From Antedon mediterranea (Eukaryota; Animalia; Echinodermata): a DNA stretch of 64,000 nucleotides. A program made the position numbers and the translations under genes. The notes beneath the pieces were generated by a model. It saw only the letters and a list, made by a program, of their open reading frames with translations, was not told where the DNA came from and searched no databases. Positions 1 through 14,354 of the stretch are shown here, piece by piece. Positions within the stretch are counted from its first letter, which is position 1. Every line of letters begins with the position of its first letter. The DNA lies in the NCBI RefSeq assembly GCF_964355755.1, contig NC_092674.1, positions 26,908,001-26,972,000 of the forward strand, read 5' to 3'.

Positions 1-1207
1 ACCACCAAGATGCTTTTAATGTCAATATACTGTATGTATCATTTAAATAATTAAAACGATTATTCATGGTTATTTGGATCATGTTAAATGAATCTCTCGT
101 ACTGTAGATTTTAGCATAAGTAAGTTCCTGTTAGGCCTGACACTAATGGCAGCTGCTGTACATATTGTTTCCACGTAGGGAGTCGGATGCTCCTATGGTT
201 ATGGAGACATACTGGATGTAAAGGGACCATCTAAGCTTCTTGATGTCTGTTTGAAAATTTGAGTTAGAATAGCATGGTCATCAATGGTAGTGGCACTAAA
301 GCTTGGTAGTAAATTTGAAAGCAATTGTTTCAAATCTGGCTTTAGTCTGTGCCACGATGATCTATATTCTTATAAGATTAATTTATAATCATAATAAAAT
401 AAAAGTATTTTAGTTCCCAATCTATAATTAGTATAGTATAGTTTTACTATATGTGTATTCAATGGAGACTATTTTTTTTTAGGTACATTTTTAAAAAATC
501 ATTAACATATTCTTTTTAGTTTTATAGTGTAGAATTAATATTAGCCAAAGAATATGATATTACAAACGAAAGCTACGATATTTAAGCTTTTTGGAATAAA
601 ACGATATTTAATCAAATTCAGTAAAATTATATTCAATTTTAATGGAACAAAAAGACCCAGACATTCAGCTGTTTTGGTAATGAGATAGTACGAAGAAAAT
701 TACCATAGACACATTGCGAGATTCTCTGTAGCTCGTTCAGCTGTTGTGAAGCTGAAGCAATGATATAAGTTGAATTTCATAGCCTAGCTAAATTATTACT
801 GTGGGTTAATACATGTATTATATCTCGCAATGTAAATCAATCCACAGCCGACTTTCTGGTGGTTCAACTAAAAGATCCTAGATTATGGTAAATAGCGCTA
901 ATAATATGAAGCGCTGAATTCATACGCAGTGTGAACAGATATGAAATAGGTAGCTGATTATAAAAAGGAATATTGTGAAGGTGATGTAAATGTGTTTGCA
1001 CATGAAAAGGTTAGCTAGTTTAGCCAGAAGGCATAAATATTACATGATGAAGATTTGTTGACTTAGAGTTAAAGTAATAGTTGGATATTTTAGTAAATTG
1101 AACGTGCTGTGCGTCAACTTTAAATAATGATATTACAACATTATATACATAATGTGGTGCAATGGGCCATTCGGTGTAATGGAAGATGCTTACCATTGAC
1201 ATTCTTA

Positions 1208-1365
1208 AGCTCTGTCTACACTATCAAAGTTTATGTTACGAAAAATGTGATTTGCCCATATATGGTCATGATGATGTCATATCACTACCATATCTGGATA
1301 CACCACTACCATATTTGGGCACATCACTTTTTTTGTCAAACTAGTTTGATAGTGTAGACAGAGCT
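1208..1365. mobile_element. MITE, Tourist/Harbinger-like (family A, copy 1)
   Basis: TIR AGCTCTGTCTACACTATCAAA...TTTGATAGTGTAGACAGAGCT flanked by a TTA TSD (1205-1207, 1366-1368); homologous copies at 28005 and 30970. Confidence 0.85.
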
Positions 1366-1425
1366 TTAAGAAGAAGAGAAAAAGAATGTTGTTAAATGAT
1401 TACGGTATATTAAATTGTTATACTG

Positions 1426-1470
1426 CAGGGCCGTAGCCAGGATCTGTCAAGGGGGGGGTTCGCACACTAA
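1426..1470 (+). mobile_element. Solo hAT-like terminus
   Basis: CAGGGCCGTAGCCAGGA followed by G-runs, the style of hAT ends; no partner end found. Confidence 0.4.
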
Positions 1471-3758
1471 GTATTTGGGCCACCCCCATACCTACCCCCC
1501 CCCCCCCAAACAGAAATATTCTCATCTTGGTATAAATAGGTGATCCGCAGTGTGATATGGTTAATTTTAAATTTTTACTTTACAGTATTGAACTAATTAG
1601 AAATATATGGCAAGCCACGTCTCCTAATAGTGGAGATTTAAATATAACAAGGTACCAAATTTAACAAGAAGATGCTTTATATAATAATATGTATAGTTTT
1701 TTAATAAATTAAAATTTCTTCAAAATTGTTGTGGAGGGAGATGGAAAGAGGAGCTTACACACTTTAAATAAAGGGCTTAAATACACATTGAGTAGGATTA
1801 ATTATTATTATACAGTAGTATCGATATCTTTTCCCATACAATGAGGTTTGTCATTCTACCTATAGCTTTGAATAATACTACATATTAGGGAATCTCAATA
1901 CACTAATTATCAATTATATAGTCTCATTTCTAGTATGACGTCCTTTTCACCCTTAGCCAGCTAATCCAATACTTTTATTGAGTCCATTAAAGGTTTTCCA
2001 TACCTATACACACTGTGATCCTATGGTAATTAGTGTTAACAATTAGCTATTGTATTTTGGCCGAAAAAAGTGCTTCTCTTTTGTACGTTATAGATTTGAC
2101 CTCGCCTCATACTGTACGTTTACATTACAACATACTGTAGATTTTTTATTTTCATATCAAATCTTACTATCTATATGCAGAATCATAATTGTTGATCTAT
2201 ATTTGTAGTAATTAACACATCACATTTGAATAATTGTTCTTGTCAATTAACAATATTAACATATTTTATTTCATAGTGAATATTCCAATAATTAGGTCAC
2301 ATTACAATTACACGTATTGCAATTTTTTTGGAGAAAAAGATGCATTTTAAAAATTAATATTTATATTACTACATCTTAATGGTATATTTGAGGATGTATA
2401 CACCGAGGTCATATTTATTATTTTGAGATTTAGTTCAGTATTTTTACTAGTGTTTGGGTATGTTCGTTATGTGTTCGCAATTTGACTCTCTTTAGCCTGA
2501 CATGTTATGTAGTGTATGTGGCATGAATTATAGTGAGTTACTATTAACCCTATCCTTGTAATCATTGACTTGAGAGCGTACCAAGTTCAAAGTTGATATC
2601 GTAAATGTTTGTCCTGCTCATCAGCTGAAATGCCTTCATCATGCGTCAGTTACTGTCACTTAATACCGGGAGTTCTAGCTGCATAAAGTCTGTCAAATGG
2701 AGTTTGTTGAGACCACCCAAGCAAATCTAACCTATCTCTATTATTATTCATAAATCTACCAAGAGAAAGTATATTTACGTAGACTGTCACAACAAAACTG
2801 ATGATTTATAGAAAAGGGAAAATATAGGTGTTATTACATAGTTTGATACTGGTTTGCTTCCTATCCATCTTTATCCGATTCCTAGATTAATCAATCCTCA
2901 TCCATAATCATCAGCCTTCACACTGAAATTGCGGAAAAGTTGCGGTAAGCAATTTGGTTTAGAATCTTTCACATATATGGTAATAGTGTGGTAATTTTAC
3001 TGTTACAGTATGTGAAAGGGGTCCTAGCGAAATGCGTAAAAATAAGTTATTTTAAAGAATAGAAGCTATTGACCGTATGTTTCCAACTTTGACCTTTGTT
3101 TTATGTCCTGTTGCATACGTATGCGTTTTAGAGTTGCACTCAATTTTTATCGATTATTATTAAAACAAAACTTACAGGGAGAACATTATCAATATCTTGT
3201 ATCAGTATATTATATTAATAAAGTCAATCAACAAAGTTGCCTAATGTAGTGTAACTACCCACCAATTATAAGTAGCCTCATTTCACAAAAACCACCCACC
3301 ATAAAAGAGGTATTTCTGATAGCCACATACTTGTCTTTATGCATGAGATAACTGTGATGTCCTAATGCAAAAGGTGAACATTATTAGTGCATATACAAGC
3401 GTGCCTTGTACATATGTTTTCAGCTACTTATATTGTTATTCGAGTCTGACGATTAATTGTGCAGTAGGAGACACCTGGGTGTTTATCTACGGTGAAAATG
3501 CAGATGACTTTTAGAACATGCCTCGTAAACCCACTGAAATGGCGACATCAGAATGTTGAAAACATTGTAGACATTCAGTGTCTGATGTACATTCATTCTA
3601 AATTTTAATATTTATTATACACTGATTGCAAGAAAAAAATAGTTTTCTTATAGTTTTTTAGTGAGCGAATGCAATAATAATCTGGAGATTTATTGAGATT
3701 TTAAAATCATTTTTAAATTAAAATTGTGTTTACTTGCCTACAATAAAATATTTTCATA

Positions 3759-4177
3759 CAGTAGAACACCTCTATTCAGGGGACACTTTCCTATGAAATG
3801 AACAAGGGGAAATATATGTTTTAACACAATCACTATTGCACCACCTAATAGCATGTACTGCCAAGTCATGTGCTTCAATTTAATGCAGCAATCGATTTAT
3901 GTATATTAATATATGGATGTTGGTTTGTTTGTTTTTTCGTCATTGTTTGGTCAGTTTTGTGAAGTTAATAAATAAAAAAAAATAAATTAAATAAAACAAA
4001 TTCAGTTAAGTATGATGTTTGCACACCGAGAGACGCACCCCCTGGCGCATATACCCATGTGGTCCTTCGTCAGTATTCATCAAGATCCAGATTACAACGG
4101 CCAACCCCTATTTAGAGAGTACCCCTATTCAACTTTGTTGGGTCCTGAAGGCATAATATTCAATAAGGATTCTACTG
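3759..4177. mobile_element. Tc1/mariner-like MITE (family B)
   Basis: TA|CAGTAGAA...TTCTACTG|TA; related pieces at ~8110-8205, ~44180-44346, ~48880-49015 and 54215-54317. Confidence 0.6.
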
Positions 4178-6610
4178 TACTGTGTATGAGGAGCAATAAA
4201 AAAGGAGTAAAATAAAGTGTCTGTATTTTTCATTGTCATTAATACAATAGTAAAGATACAATCAGTAGCATTCTTTATCTATTCATTCTCCAATTGTAAC
4301 ACCCATTCATTAAAAAATTTGTTGCACACATCATTACACAATAGATTTTATCTTTCATCATCGCACCATTCTTCAACTTACACTTGTGTATTCGTCGTTG
4401 ATTTATATTATTGATAAAATGCCACTGAGAATTTATTCCGACTGTAGCGCAATCAATCCTTAGTTCAACTTTTACCCTATTCAGATTTCAATTGCGTTGC
4501 GATCGGTTGTAGCAACAGCTACACCCACATTCGCAATACTCTTTAAAGACTCATTTTGAAGGTAATCGATATCGCAATTATTACTCTGCTACCCATAGCT
4601 ACAATCTTTTTATATACTCCTTATTTTGACAGAATCAGTTGACGACTGATCACAACACATTAGAGTGCTGGATGACTGAGGCGTGTGGTAAAATTGCATT
4701 GCAAGGGTCAGCCGAAAATGCAACCAGCAGTACATTTTCTTGATAAATCTCCAATTTTGATAGATATCTGAATAGACATGTCACTGACATCTTTTCACTG
4801 TTTTTATCCCTTTCTTCTTTTCTTTCGACCGTATCATTTTTCTTTAATTCATTAGAATCCATTGCATTCTTAATACCATTATCATTAATTTCAATGAAAT
4901 CTATTCGAAGCAAATACTAATGATAATCAATATTAATATTACTACTTCAATTTATTAATCATCAACATTATATTCTCATTATCAACTATCTGTAATAAGT
5001 TTCCAGATGAAATCTTGCTAAATGAATTTCAATACTAAAAATAACTTGCGTACAATGTCGTTCTTTTTCCCCTCGCTTCTTGTTCCCATCGTGAAACAAC
5101 TGCACAATTTATCAGTGTTTATGCTGTCTTTACTCACGATGTTTCTTCACAAAAGCTTAATTTATCACGTATCATTAATTTAGGTGATATTGAATATCTG
5201 TAGGCAAAAGTAATTTATCATTGTCACCTGATATCGTTGCTTAGTAACGTGATACTTAATTTTATGAAATTACTCTGATATGGTGATTTTTTTGGTAACC
5301 AGGTCTAGTGTTTTTTCCCTGAACAGTATTCAGAAGTCTGCATTATGAACATAAATATAATATGTCAGACAATAATGTTGGTAATTAGGTTATGCTCTAG
5401 CTTAGACAGAAGTATGGGAAAAAAGTATCATAAGCATTTCCACTTTTTTGCTTTTTCATTCTCGTTTGTCATCCATTTGTCTTTGTCAATTCTATTATCC
5501 TTCACCATTTTTTCTGCCATTTTCCTTTTCCCATTTTAATTTTCTTCCTTTTGATTGCCCATCTCTATCCCAATTTCAATTTTACCAATTTTCATCTTCA
5601 ATCCCATTTTCCCAATTGCCATATTCTTTCCTCACCAGTGTGCTTAAAATTTACAAGCATATTTGTCTTTGTTACTTTTCATCAATCTATCGTCTGATTT
5701 TCATTGTAAACAGTATAATCTTTAAAACCTCCATGAGAAAAATCTTTTTTTTTTTTTTCATAATATATCCAATTTTGTCAAGGAAGTTTATATTTATTGA
5801 AGGAAGGGATACAGTAGTTTTATTATTTTATTGCACATAACAAACAGTAGTATATAAAATGTTGTTTCTGTAGTTAAATAATATTAGTATTTAACCAATT
5901 TTTTATTTAAGTCCACAAATAATAGCTACATAAAGAAATATAAAACCTGATAAATATCTAAAGCAATCTCGATTTCAATATCCATAATTTCTTACTGTAA
6001 CATAAAACAATTAAAATTTAGTTATAAAATTATAGCTCAGTTCTAAGACGCCCGTATATCTTTATTGCAACCTTGTCTGTTTTACTTTGCTGGTTCTTTT
6101 TACAACAATAGCATATCTTAAACATATATTTGCTATAAACGCTATGATGCTATCAGACGTAAAATTTGAGCAGTCACGTTTAGGCCATTACATTTCATGG
6201 GGCAGTGAGTAGTATGTGTGCAATGAAGCATAGCATTTCTGTGTCACTGCAATGTAATGTCTTCTGCATTATATGGATGATAATCATTAAAAAAAAATTA
6301 TATTTATATTAAAGTATTATTATTCCAATGCAGGAGTTTATCTTACTATAAAACAAATTCACATCATTTTATTAGCTGCATAAATTTACTTTGTATTGTA
6401 AATTCCTTTCTTATCATTACGCTGTTCGTTGGCTCATTTTATGTCTGTTTTATTACGCTTGTTTATGCTGTCATATCAATAGTGTACACATATACTACTA
6501 GCGGAATATTTGTAATGCTTGGCAGTTTGTTAATAGGAATTTCCATAACACTACAGTATACAACACTATTAAATATAAAAAATTAATTTTCAAAATTTTG
6601 ATGGATGAAC

Positions 6611-6640
6611 CATAGAGGTATAAAATTAGATACCTCCATG
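6611..6640. mobile_element. 30-bp ultra-short inverted-repeat insertion
   Basis: CATAGAGGTAT...ATACCTCCATG (11-bp TIR, 1 mismatch) flanked by direct repeat GATGAAC. Confidence 0.55.
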
Positions 6641-7717
6641 GATGAACTAATAACTTTAAATTCAAGCAAGCGTTTATATGTTTCTTAGTTTTATTTATTT
6701 ATTGGCTTTAGCTAAATAATAATTTTGTAGGTCTGTGTGTATCTTTGCATCTATGCGCAGTATAATTCTCTTTATTCAATGTCAAAGTTTATTTGCTAGA
6801 ATAATTATAGAATGTATTTCTAGCAAAGTAAAGACGTGATAGATCGGGTCTTAATATCTTTAACTATCATCTAAACAAACTATACAGCAGTACGATCACG
6901 GATGGTCAAAGACCGCACGCTTTAAGAGTATAACCCTCCATGGATTTAGTTAGATCCCATCAATGAACTCCATGATAACGAGTACTGACATTTCAACTCT
7001 CCGTGAGTTGATATGAACACAATATGCTACCTCGAATAAACATATAAAATTATATATCTTCTACTGTTTATCGCCAACAGCTATTTCTAAAGGAATTTCA
7101 TATCAAAATTTGAACTCTGTAACTTAATAGATACATTTGACCTGGTTACAGCCCATTACCGCTTCGATTATAAAATATGAAAAAGACGTTCATGTTTTGA
7201 CAACTGCAAGCCATGCATAAAACAACCCAAGTTATTCTATAGTAATGTTTGTTGTATACAGTCATAATTCAAAGAAATTGTAGATTGTATTAGTAGATAT
7301 AACACAATCTCTGAAAAAGCTTAATTTAATATTACAATACAGTACTTCAAAATAAATTACATAATTATTTTTAATATTAACCAATATTAAAAGTAATAAG
7401 AAGTGATTAATGACTATAATCATTTCTTTGAATTGTGGTTTGTTTGAATAAAAAATAACATAATAATGTATAGTGAGTGTGGCCCTGTCCCAGTCCTCTA
7501 TATCAAAATCTTTGATCTCCTGGCCAGTGCCATAGACAATTAAGAGAAATTGGCAAGTAAAGATTGTTGTTACTATAAATAAATATCTTGAAAATAAATT
7601 TTTCCTTTAATACATTGTGATCTATAATATATTTACAATATATTACAAATTAATTACATTTTATTATCTTTAAATTATCAATTTATCATTCAACCCAAAA
7701 TTTTTTCTTGCCTGCAG

Positions 7718-7779
7718 GTCTTATAACTACACTTGATGGAAACTTGGACAGAGAAGCAACGGATGGATACAGCCTAGAG
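7718..7779 (+). CDS. FAT1: FAT1/3-like protocadherin, first exon in window (62 nt; not in ORF track)
   Basis: ttcttgcctgcag|...|gtatgt; encodes (G)LITTLDGNLDREATDGYSLE with the cadherin LDRE motif; joins in frame to VGITDNG at 32675. Confidence 0.9.
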
Positions 7780-9244
7780 GTATGTAGATATTTTGAGCTA
7801 ACCCAAGGTTGATAGGTTGCGAACATTCTCACGTACCGAGTAAACTCTGATTGGATACAACTACATTAACATTCTCCTAAAAAAATATGTCTTCTTGAAA
7901 CGTAAATTATGTTTTTTTTCCAGTCACATCTTAATTGAGTTCACACATCATGTTAGAAATTTTTTTCCAATGTGTTCTTTTAGACTTTTGTGGTTTAATT
8001 GTTCCGTCAGAGAATGTCAAGATTTTAAATTTTTTGTCTGACAAACATTTTTTTCATTGATCTGAAATTTGGAAAATTTATTTTAAGCACAATCCAATAG
8101 AAATACTCATTAGAACACCCCTATTTAAGGAGACACTTTCCAATTTCTATTCAGAGGACACCCTATTAAGAGGACATTTTGTTGGGTCCCGACCGTGTCC
8201 CTCTGTATAAGAAATGTTAAAATTGTCTTTGTTCTGTAGTCATTATAAGTGGAATTTGTTCACACTTGTTTATTTCATTCAAAGACGCCTTCATAATTTG
8301 CCGTTCCTTTATGTTGTTTAATGCACAGTTTCCTAGGCAGTAAAATATTATTTTTGCCGCTTGCTTTGGTGCATCAGAGTACAAAGTGTCCTTCTTGAGT
8401 CGTTACTTAAATATTTCCTTTAATTACAATGAAGAAAACAACTGGCCAAAAGCTTTCATGTCAGTAAATTGTCGATAGTTGCATATTCATCAACAAAGTG
8501 ACATCAGCATTCTTACAGTGCACTTCGTTCTTTTCAACTTTTCCACTTAAGCCAAATATTTAATATTATTCTGCTATTAGCAGTACAGTCAACTCTCCAA
8601 ATACTGGACTCTCTGAAAACTGGAAATTTCTCACATAACCAAACTTTTCTTGAATTTCCCAAATTTAAAAAACACCAGAATTTTCCGAAAACTAGAAATA
8701 GACAAGCTTAAGTAATAAGTAAGTTAGCTGCATTTTCTTAACATTGTACAATCATCTTTGGAATATTCCTATACATTTTCCTTTTCAGTCAGAGTCATGT
8801 AGAATTGTATTATTTTCTTCCTTAGACCAACATCCCATCTGAAAATGCTTAGATATATTCGATTTGCACTTTTAATTATTCCAATTAATATCAAATTAAA
8901 AAAACCCAACAGTTTAATTAGAGGAATTAAGAAAGAGATCCGATTCCCTTTTTAATAAATATTCAAATTCACAATTCCCATCAGAAATCTGCTATTTACA
9001 CATTCCATTACCTTAATTAACATCTTTTAATGAATACTAGTTTAATTGGAAATTCAAATTGTTGCAGCTAAAAATAAATATACAGTATTGTTGTAGCTTT
9101 CTGCCATTGTGAAATTTACTATAACGTTGGCTAATAATAGCTTAAAGAAAACATGTTTATTTTGTTCAGAATATCTTAACATTTTAGATAATATATTATT
9201 AGCAAGTTTCTCTATACATTATTGATAAGATAACACATTTGTTA

Positions 9245-9552
9245 CGAATATCTAATACTTTCTGTAATATATTAACATGTTCCTCTATAGAATTGATGGT
9301 AATAGGAAAACATGCTAGTTGTTAAGAATATCTTAACATTTTTGGTAATATATTAACATGTTCCTCTAATCTATAGAATTGATGGTAATAGGAAAACATG
9401 CTAGTTGTTAAGAATATCTTAACATTTTTGGTAATATATTAACATGTTCCTCTATAAAATTGATAGTAATAGGAAAACATGCTAGTTGTTAAGAATATCT
9501 TAACATTTTCGGTAATACAGTATATTAACTTTCTCTCCGCACAGAATTGATG
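9245..9552. repeat. Minisatellite, ~81-87 bp unit, ~3.5 copies
   Basis: AAGAATATCTTAACATTTTTGGTAATATATTAACATGTTCCTCTATAGAATTGATGGTAATAGGAAAACATGCTAGTTGTT recurs at ~9324, ~9410 and ~9491. Confidence 0.9.
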
Positions 9553-12538
9553 TTTTTAAATATTGTAGCGATGCAACATTTTAAGTGCAATGTTTGTTTA
9601 ATGTTATTCAAATACTATGCTTGGCAGACATCAGTATTACTTAACAGTTTTATCCAAAGCAATAATAAACATAGGCTTGCACTAGGTTGCTCTTATGTAC
9701 AGTAGGTTGTTTAGGAGGTTGTAAAGGACGCTTTCATGGGAGCGTGCTAAGTGGTATGCTTGGTGGAATGTTTAAAATATATTTTAGACTTGGTGACGGA
9801 AAATATATCCATGGTTATTGTGCAAAATATTATGTAAGAAGTATGATACTTTAATATAAGTTTCTTTTTTTTGAAGTACAGTACTTAGTATTTCTTTCTC
9901 TTCAATGATGTCTCTCGCCTTTAAAATAACTCTAGTCGCCAACAAGCATCACTGAACAAATATGTAATCTTGTTATATCAATCAAATTTCATTGATTAAA
10001 CTCGCTCGAAAGTCATTAGCAATGTCCTGACCCAGTATTCTGCTTTACGGTTAAAGACGCCTTCTGGTACTGTCGTAGCGCACAATCGTTTCTCTAACAT
10101 TGATCGTACTAATTCAAGGCCTTCTTTTAACCATGGAAAAAATTAGCTAATAAAAATTCTTGGAATTAAGTGTATTGTCTTTAAATATATATTTATAAAT
10201 CTTAAACCTCCAATCAATAGTAATTAAACGACATGATATCTGTTGGTTCGTTTCAGATTCAATCGATGTCCTCCTTTAGTTTTAATAAATTTTATAATTG
10301 ATGTGGCGTCCATCCTCACATGGTTAAACATACAGTACAAAGCAACTTGAAAAGTATACTCTGCGAGGCGATTGTAAATAGATTATGAAGAATATAGATT
10401 TTTAAGAATATGTACGTCTAATTTGCACATTTTTCCTGTTTCTATCCCTATAGATTGGTATGTGTGTACAGAAGAATCAAATAAATGCACACGGGCAGTT
10501 GTGAATAAATTTTAAAGCTTATAGATTTTTCTAGAGTCTGATTTGCTATATATTGTTTGTTGTTTGTTTCGCTGTACAATATCGCAGTAATGGTTCATAT
10601 CGGTTACCATATCGCAGCGTTATATGCAGTGGCTTTCAAGATAGGTTTCTTTTCCTCAGGGTATCTTTAACTACAGTCAACAGCTCTTGTTCGGAATTGA
10701 AAAATTTGAATAGAACTCGCATCTGAATTTCTTTAACCTCGATTTACTAGAGATCAAAATGAGGTCAGATTTAGTTGAAGTATTTGAAACATTGTATCAT
10801 CAGATTTTGTAAAGAATACTACTTTGGAGGATTAGAAATTTAATTAGAGATAATTAGTATTTTGATTAGGAGTATGCTGTATGTTTTCAGGTAGAGCCTC
10901 TATTAAAGAGTCATTTTTGTCTGCTTAAAACCTGAACAAGGAGTTTACTATATACAGTAGTCTAATTTATGGCATCTATGCATCAATAGTGATTTATATG
11001 GTTGATGTTTTTTTTTTAAATCTGAAGTCATGTGATAAGAGTGTTATGTTATTTGGCCCTAGCAACTGTTTCCAGTTAGTTTACAGTCGTCGACATCTAC
11101 CCTTAGCACCTTTTGTTCATTCATGTTACATGTTTATACGTATCCATAGTAACTGCATCCTGCTAAGTCCAGCGCAAACTTAATAGGTCAGATATCTGAA
11201 CAATACCTGTCAGGATTTAGCTCTATAAACTTATTGAGATGCATCCTAGCCAGAAGGCGAATTCCAAAGGCCTAGATACCAACACCATACCTGATCCAAC
11301 ATTTGCTATAAAAAAAGATGCTATCTAACAGAGGTCAAAGGTTAAAGAAAATAAAGATGCCAAACTAAACGAGATTGAAATTTGAGGAAAACTATTATAA
11401 TAAATATCAGATCAAATAAACAGTCAATATTTTTTTTAACATTATTAGATTTTAATTATTATCTTTCATAAATTTATACAGTAATAATTCAGCTAGTAAT
11501 AATGAAATATTGAATTATTAATTTTTTTTTTAATTTGATGAATTACTGTACAGCTAAATTAAGAATCCCTTGAGTCCTGCAGATTGGAACTTTCTGTTAA
11601 TGATATCCAGTCTTGGCCATAATTACTATCATTTGTCTTAAATATGGTACCATATTGTTTCTGTTGAACTTCTGCTTTAAGTGATTTTATATGAAGCAGA
11701 TATTTAGAGAGTGAGGGCGACTGGGAGATTATATAGGTTATATTAAACCACTCTACATTTATTTCATTCATATGTTTCTTCCTTAAATGCCTCAGTTTTA
11801 TTTTATTTGGTATATTTGTGTGGTCGAAGTCAAAGGTTATCATTAAGTGGTTTACCAATAGTTAAACAAATAACCCCTATTTTGCGTTGGAGTAAAAAAC
11901 TGCACCAGCAATTTCAGGATTTAACCATTTACCTTTATCTTACTACTTGAAACAAAATAATTAAAATTCAGACCAGTTTTCACCTAATATGGTTTTTATT
12001 CGAGATATTACAGTGAATATATTATCTAATTAAAAATATTTGAAAAAAAAAATGTTTTTCAAGCACTTTACATAGTCTCCTTACATTAATTTTATGTAAA
12101 CTTTTATCAATAGTAACGTGTTTAATGACTATTTGAAGGATCATTAAAATGTGAATGATGATCTAGATTAGCTTCAAGATTAAGTGGATTATTGTCGATA
12201 ATCATAATCCTATTGGATGTTGGAAATTAATCAAATCATGGATTACCCTGCTTAAGAGTAATATCGTAATGTTTGAAATAGAATATCGACTGTTCATGCT
12301 TTATAAAATGTTTGATGGTTAATTGAAAGATTGTTAGAATATAAATAATGATCTGGATTAGGTGGGATTAAGTGGATTATCAGCACTAGTCATAATCCTA
12401 TTAAAATGAATCAAAATGAAGATAAATTTAATGTCACCACATGTTTATATTATTTTTCAAAATTTCACATGGCTTCTACATCTAGGAATGTAAAATAAAA
12501 ACAATAAACTACATCTAGAAAGGTTTTGTTTTAAAATA

Positions 12539-13360
12539 GGGCCTGTTTCTGCTGCAACTGCTCAAAATACGGTATAAAAATACGGTATAAAATACGGTAT
12601 TTTTATACCGTATTTTTTAGTACCCCGTTTCTGCTAACAATACTTCTTGGGTGGTCGTGTTAAATTTCATCTTTTTTACCCAAATTGCCATTCATTTATT
12701 TGATCGATAATTAAAAGTCGCAATAAAGGAAGTTTTACGTCTCGCTTTCAACAGCCTAGCCCTAGTGATAGAGATGTTGTGAGAGCACAGAAAACATCGT
12801 AATGGGGACAATTAATTTGTTCCCTCCCCGAGTTATTGTATTTTGCAATGTTGTACTGCTTTTGCAGGCTCTTCAGCTTTGAGTTTACTTGCTTTGGAGA
12901 CAAGTTTATTCCATACTTCTGCTTTATTTTTTTAGAAATGTCTTTTTAAATGTGGTTGTCCCTTTTATTACCTTTTAGTTGGTCAGACATTTTAGCTTCC
13001 CCACACACATTTATTTAGTAAAACTGTGACGTATTCGCTCCACATTTTCGCCGAATATATCTATACATGTGTGTAAAGCAGCTAACAGCGACAGAAAATA
13101 AAAACACGAATGGTGACCTTTTGTCATGTAAAAAAAAAATACGGTATTTTTTATTGGCAGCAGAAACGGGTACAAAAAATACGGTATAAATTTGTAAATA
13201 CCGTATTTTATCCACAAATTTTGTGGGGAAAATACGGTATACAAAATACGGTATATTTTTTATGAGCGCAGTTTCTGCTGCCAAAAATATACCGTATATA
13301 TACGGTATTCAAAAAATACCGTATAATATACGGTATTTAGTTGGCAGCAGAAACAGGGCC
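12539..13360. mobile_element. Non-autonomous PIF/Harbinger-type element H1
   Basis: TIR GG(G/C)CCTGTTTCTGCTGC; 3-bp TSD ATA (12536-12538, 13361-13363); ~13 subterminal ATAC(G/C)GTAT palindromes; internal Myb/SANT remnant. Confidence 0.85.
12781..13045 (-). pseudogene. Myb/SANT-like (trihelix) DNA-binding gene remnant in H1
   Basis: Manual translation: MWSEYVTVLL/fs/INVCGEAKMSDQLKGNKRDNHI*KDISKKIKQKYGINLSPKQVNSKLKSLQKQYNIAKYNNSGREQINCPHYDVF; fits the Myb_DNA-bind_4 pattern, with one stop and one frameshift. Confidence 0.7.
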
Positions 13361-13447
13361 ATAGATACTATAAATCAACAATTTATTTTTACAATTTGGT
13401 AATCAATAATAAGTAATTGGTCATATGTTTTGCCCTACTCTGACTTT

Positions 13448-14300
13448 GGGTATGTTCAGACCTACTGAGTTATGCTTTCGTATCACAGCCAAGGTCATAT
13501 TTTAATGAGCGTCGTAAGAGCAAAGTGTTCAGATTCATTGCAACGAAGTTGCGTTACAAACGGATATGATGTCACTCGCTGGCGATTAACCAAACTCTAA
13601 CGCACGCATAGACCTACCTTCGTTGTTATTAAAAGTAGTAGTGGTTGGTTTAGGAGTTACAGGCCTAGACCGAACACTTGGGCTCGGCATTACCGATTGG
13701 TTGTCAGGCATACCAACCAGCCGATCAAATCCAGTACTTGCACCGGCTCCAGATTTATTTACTCGGTCTTTCGCCGCTTTATACGACGACCCCTTCAATT
13801 TCATTTGGATATTAAATCCTTCTTTATGAGGATGGCCCATCTGCTAACGTGTCCGCCATCTCGTCGAACACAGACATCTTGATGCCGGTGCTTTTACGCC
13901 AGTTTTTCACTTCCAACCGATCTCTGAAGTCAGGGCTTCCCCAAAATGAAATAAGGTATTTTACTTCGGTTTCTCGCCAATGCGCACGCTTCGATGACAT
14001 TTTAAATTAATTAATATAATAATATTAATAATAATAATAATACTGTATAGTGTAACAACAAAAGGTATGATTTTTTCGCACGTTCACCGATCACAACAAA
14101 TGGATCAGCTTGGCTATACGATGAGGAGCTCATGTCACGATGTGATGTGGCGAATATTGTAATTTGATTGGCTAGATATCTAACCTAGGTCATATTCATC
14201 GATGCGTGACTTTTGTATTGTAAGCGATGTCCACTAAACTCATACCTTGAGCTTTCGTAGCGTACGAAATATCAGTGTCGTATGAGGTGGCTTCCACTAA
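13448..14300. mobile_element. Harbinger-type element H2 (one TIR found; right boundary uncertain)
   Basis: Begins GGGTATGTTCAGAC, identical to the first 14 bp of the H3 TIR; contains a Myb/SANT remnant homologous to that of H3. Confidence 0.7.
13586..14000 (-). pseudogene. Myb/SANT-like gene remnant in H2 (frameshifted)
   Basis: 14000-13824 reads MSSKRAHWRETEVKYLISFWGSPDFRDRLEVKNWRKSTGIKMSVFDEMADTLA; the overlapping ORF 13586-13840 supplies the rest (QMKLKGSSYKAAKDRVNKSGAGASTGFDRLVG). Confidence 0.8.
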
Positions 14301-14354
14301 TCTTTGCCCATAATTTGTACTTTATATTAAGTACATTGAGAATACCAAGTAATT

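Noticed and set aside
5345-5840. Phe/Ser-rich ORFs
   Set aside because: Produced by a pyrimidine-rich low-complexity tract.
12150-12410. Degenerate direct repeat (GATTAAGTGGATTAT...CATAATCCTATT, ~190 bp apart)
   Set aside because: Only two diverged copies, with no TIR, TSD or coding signal; likely an old local duplication.
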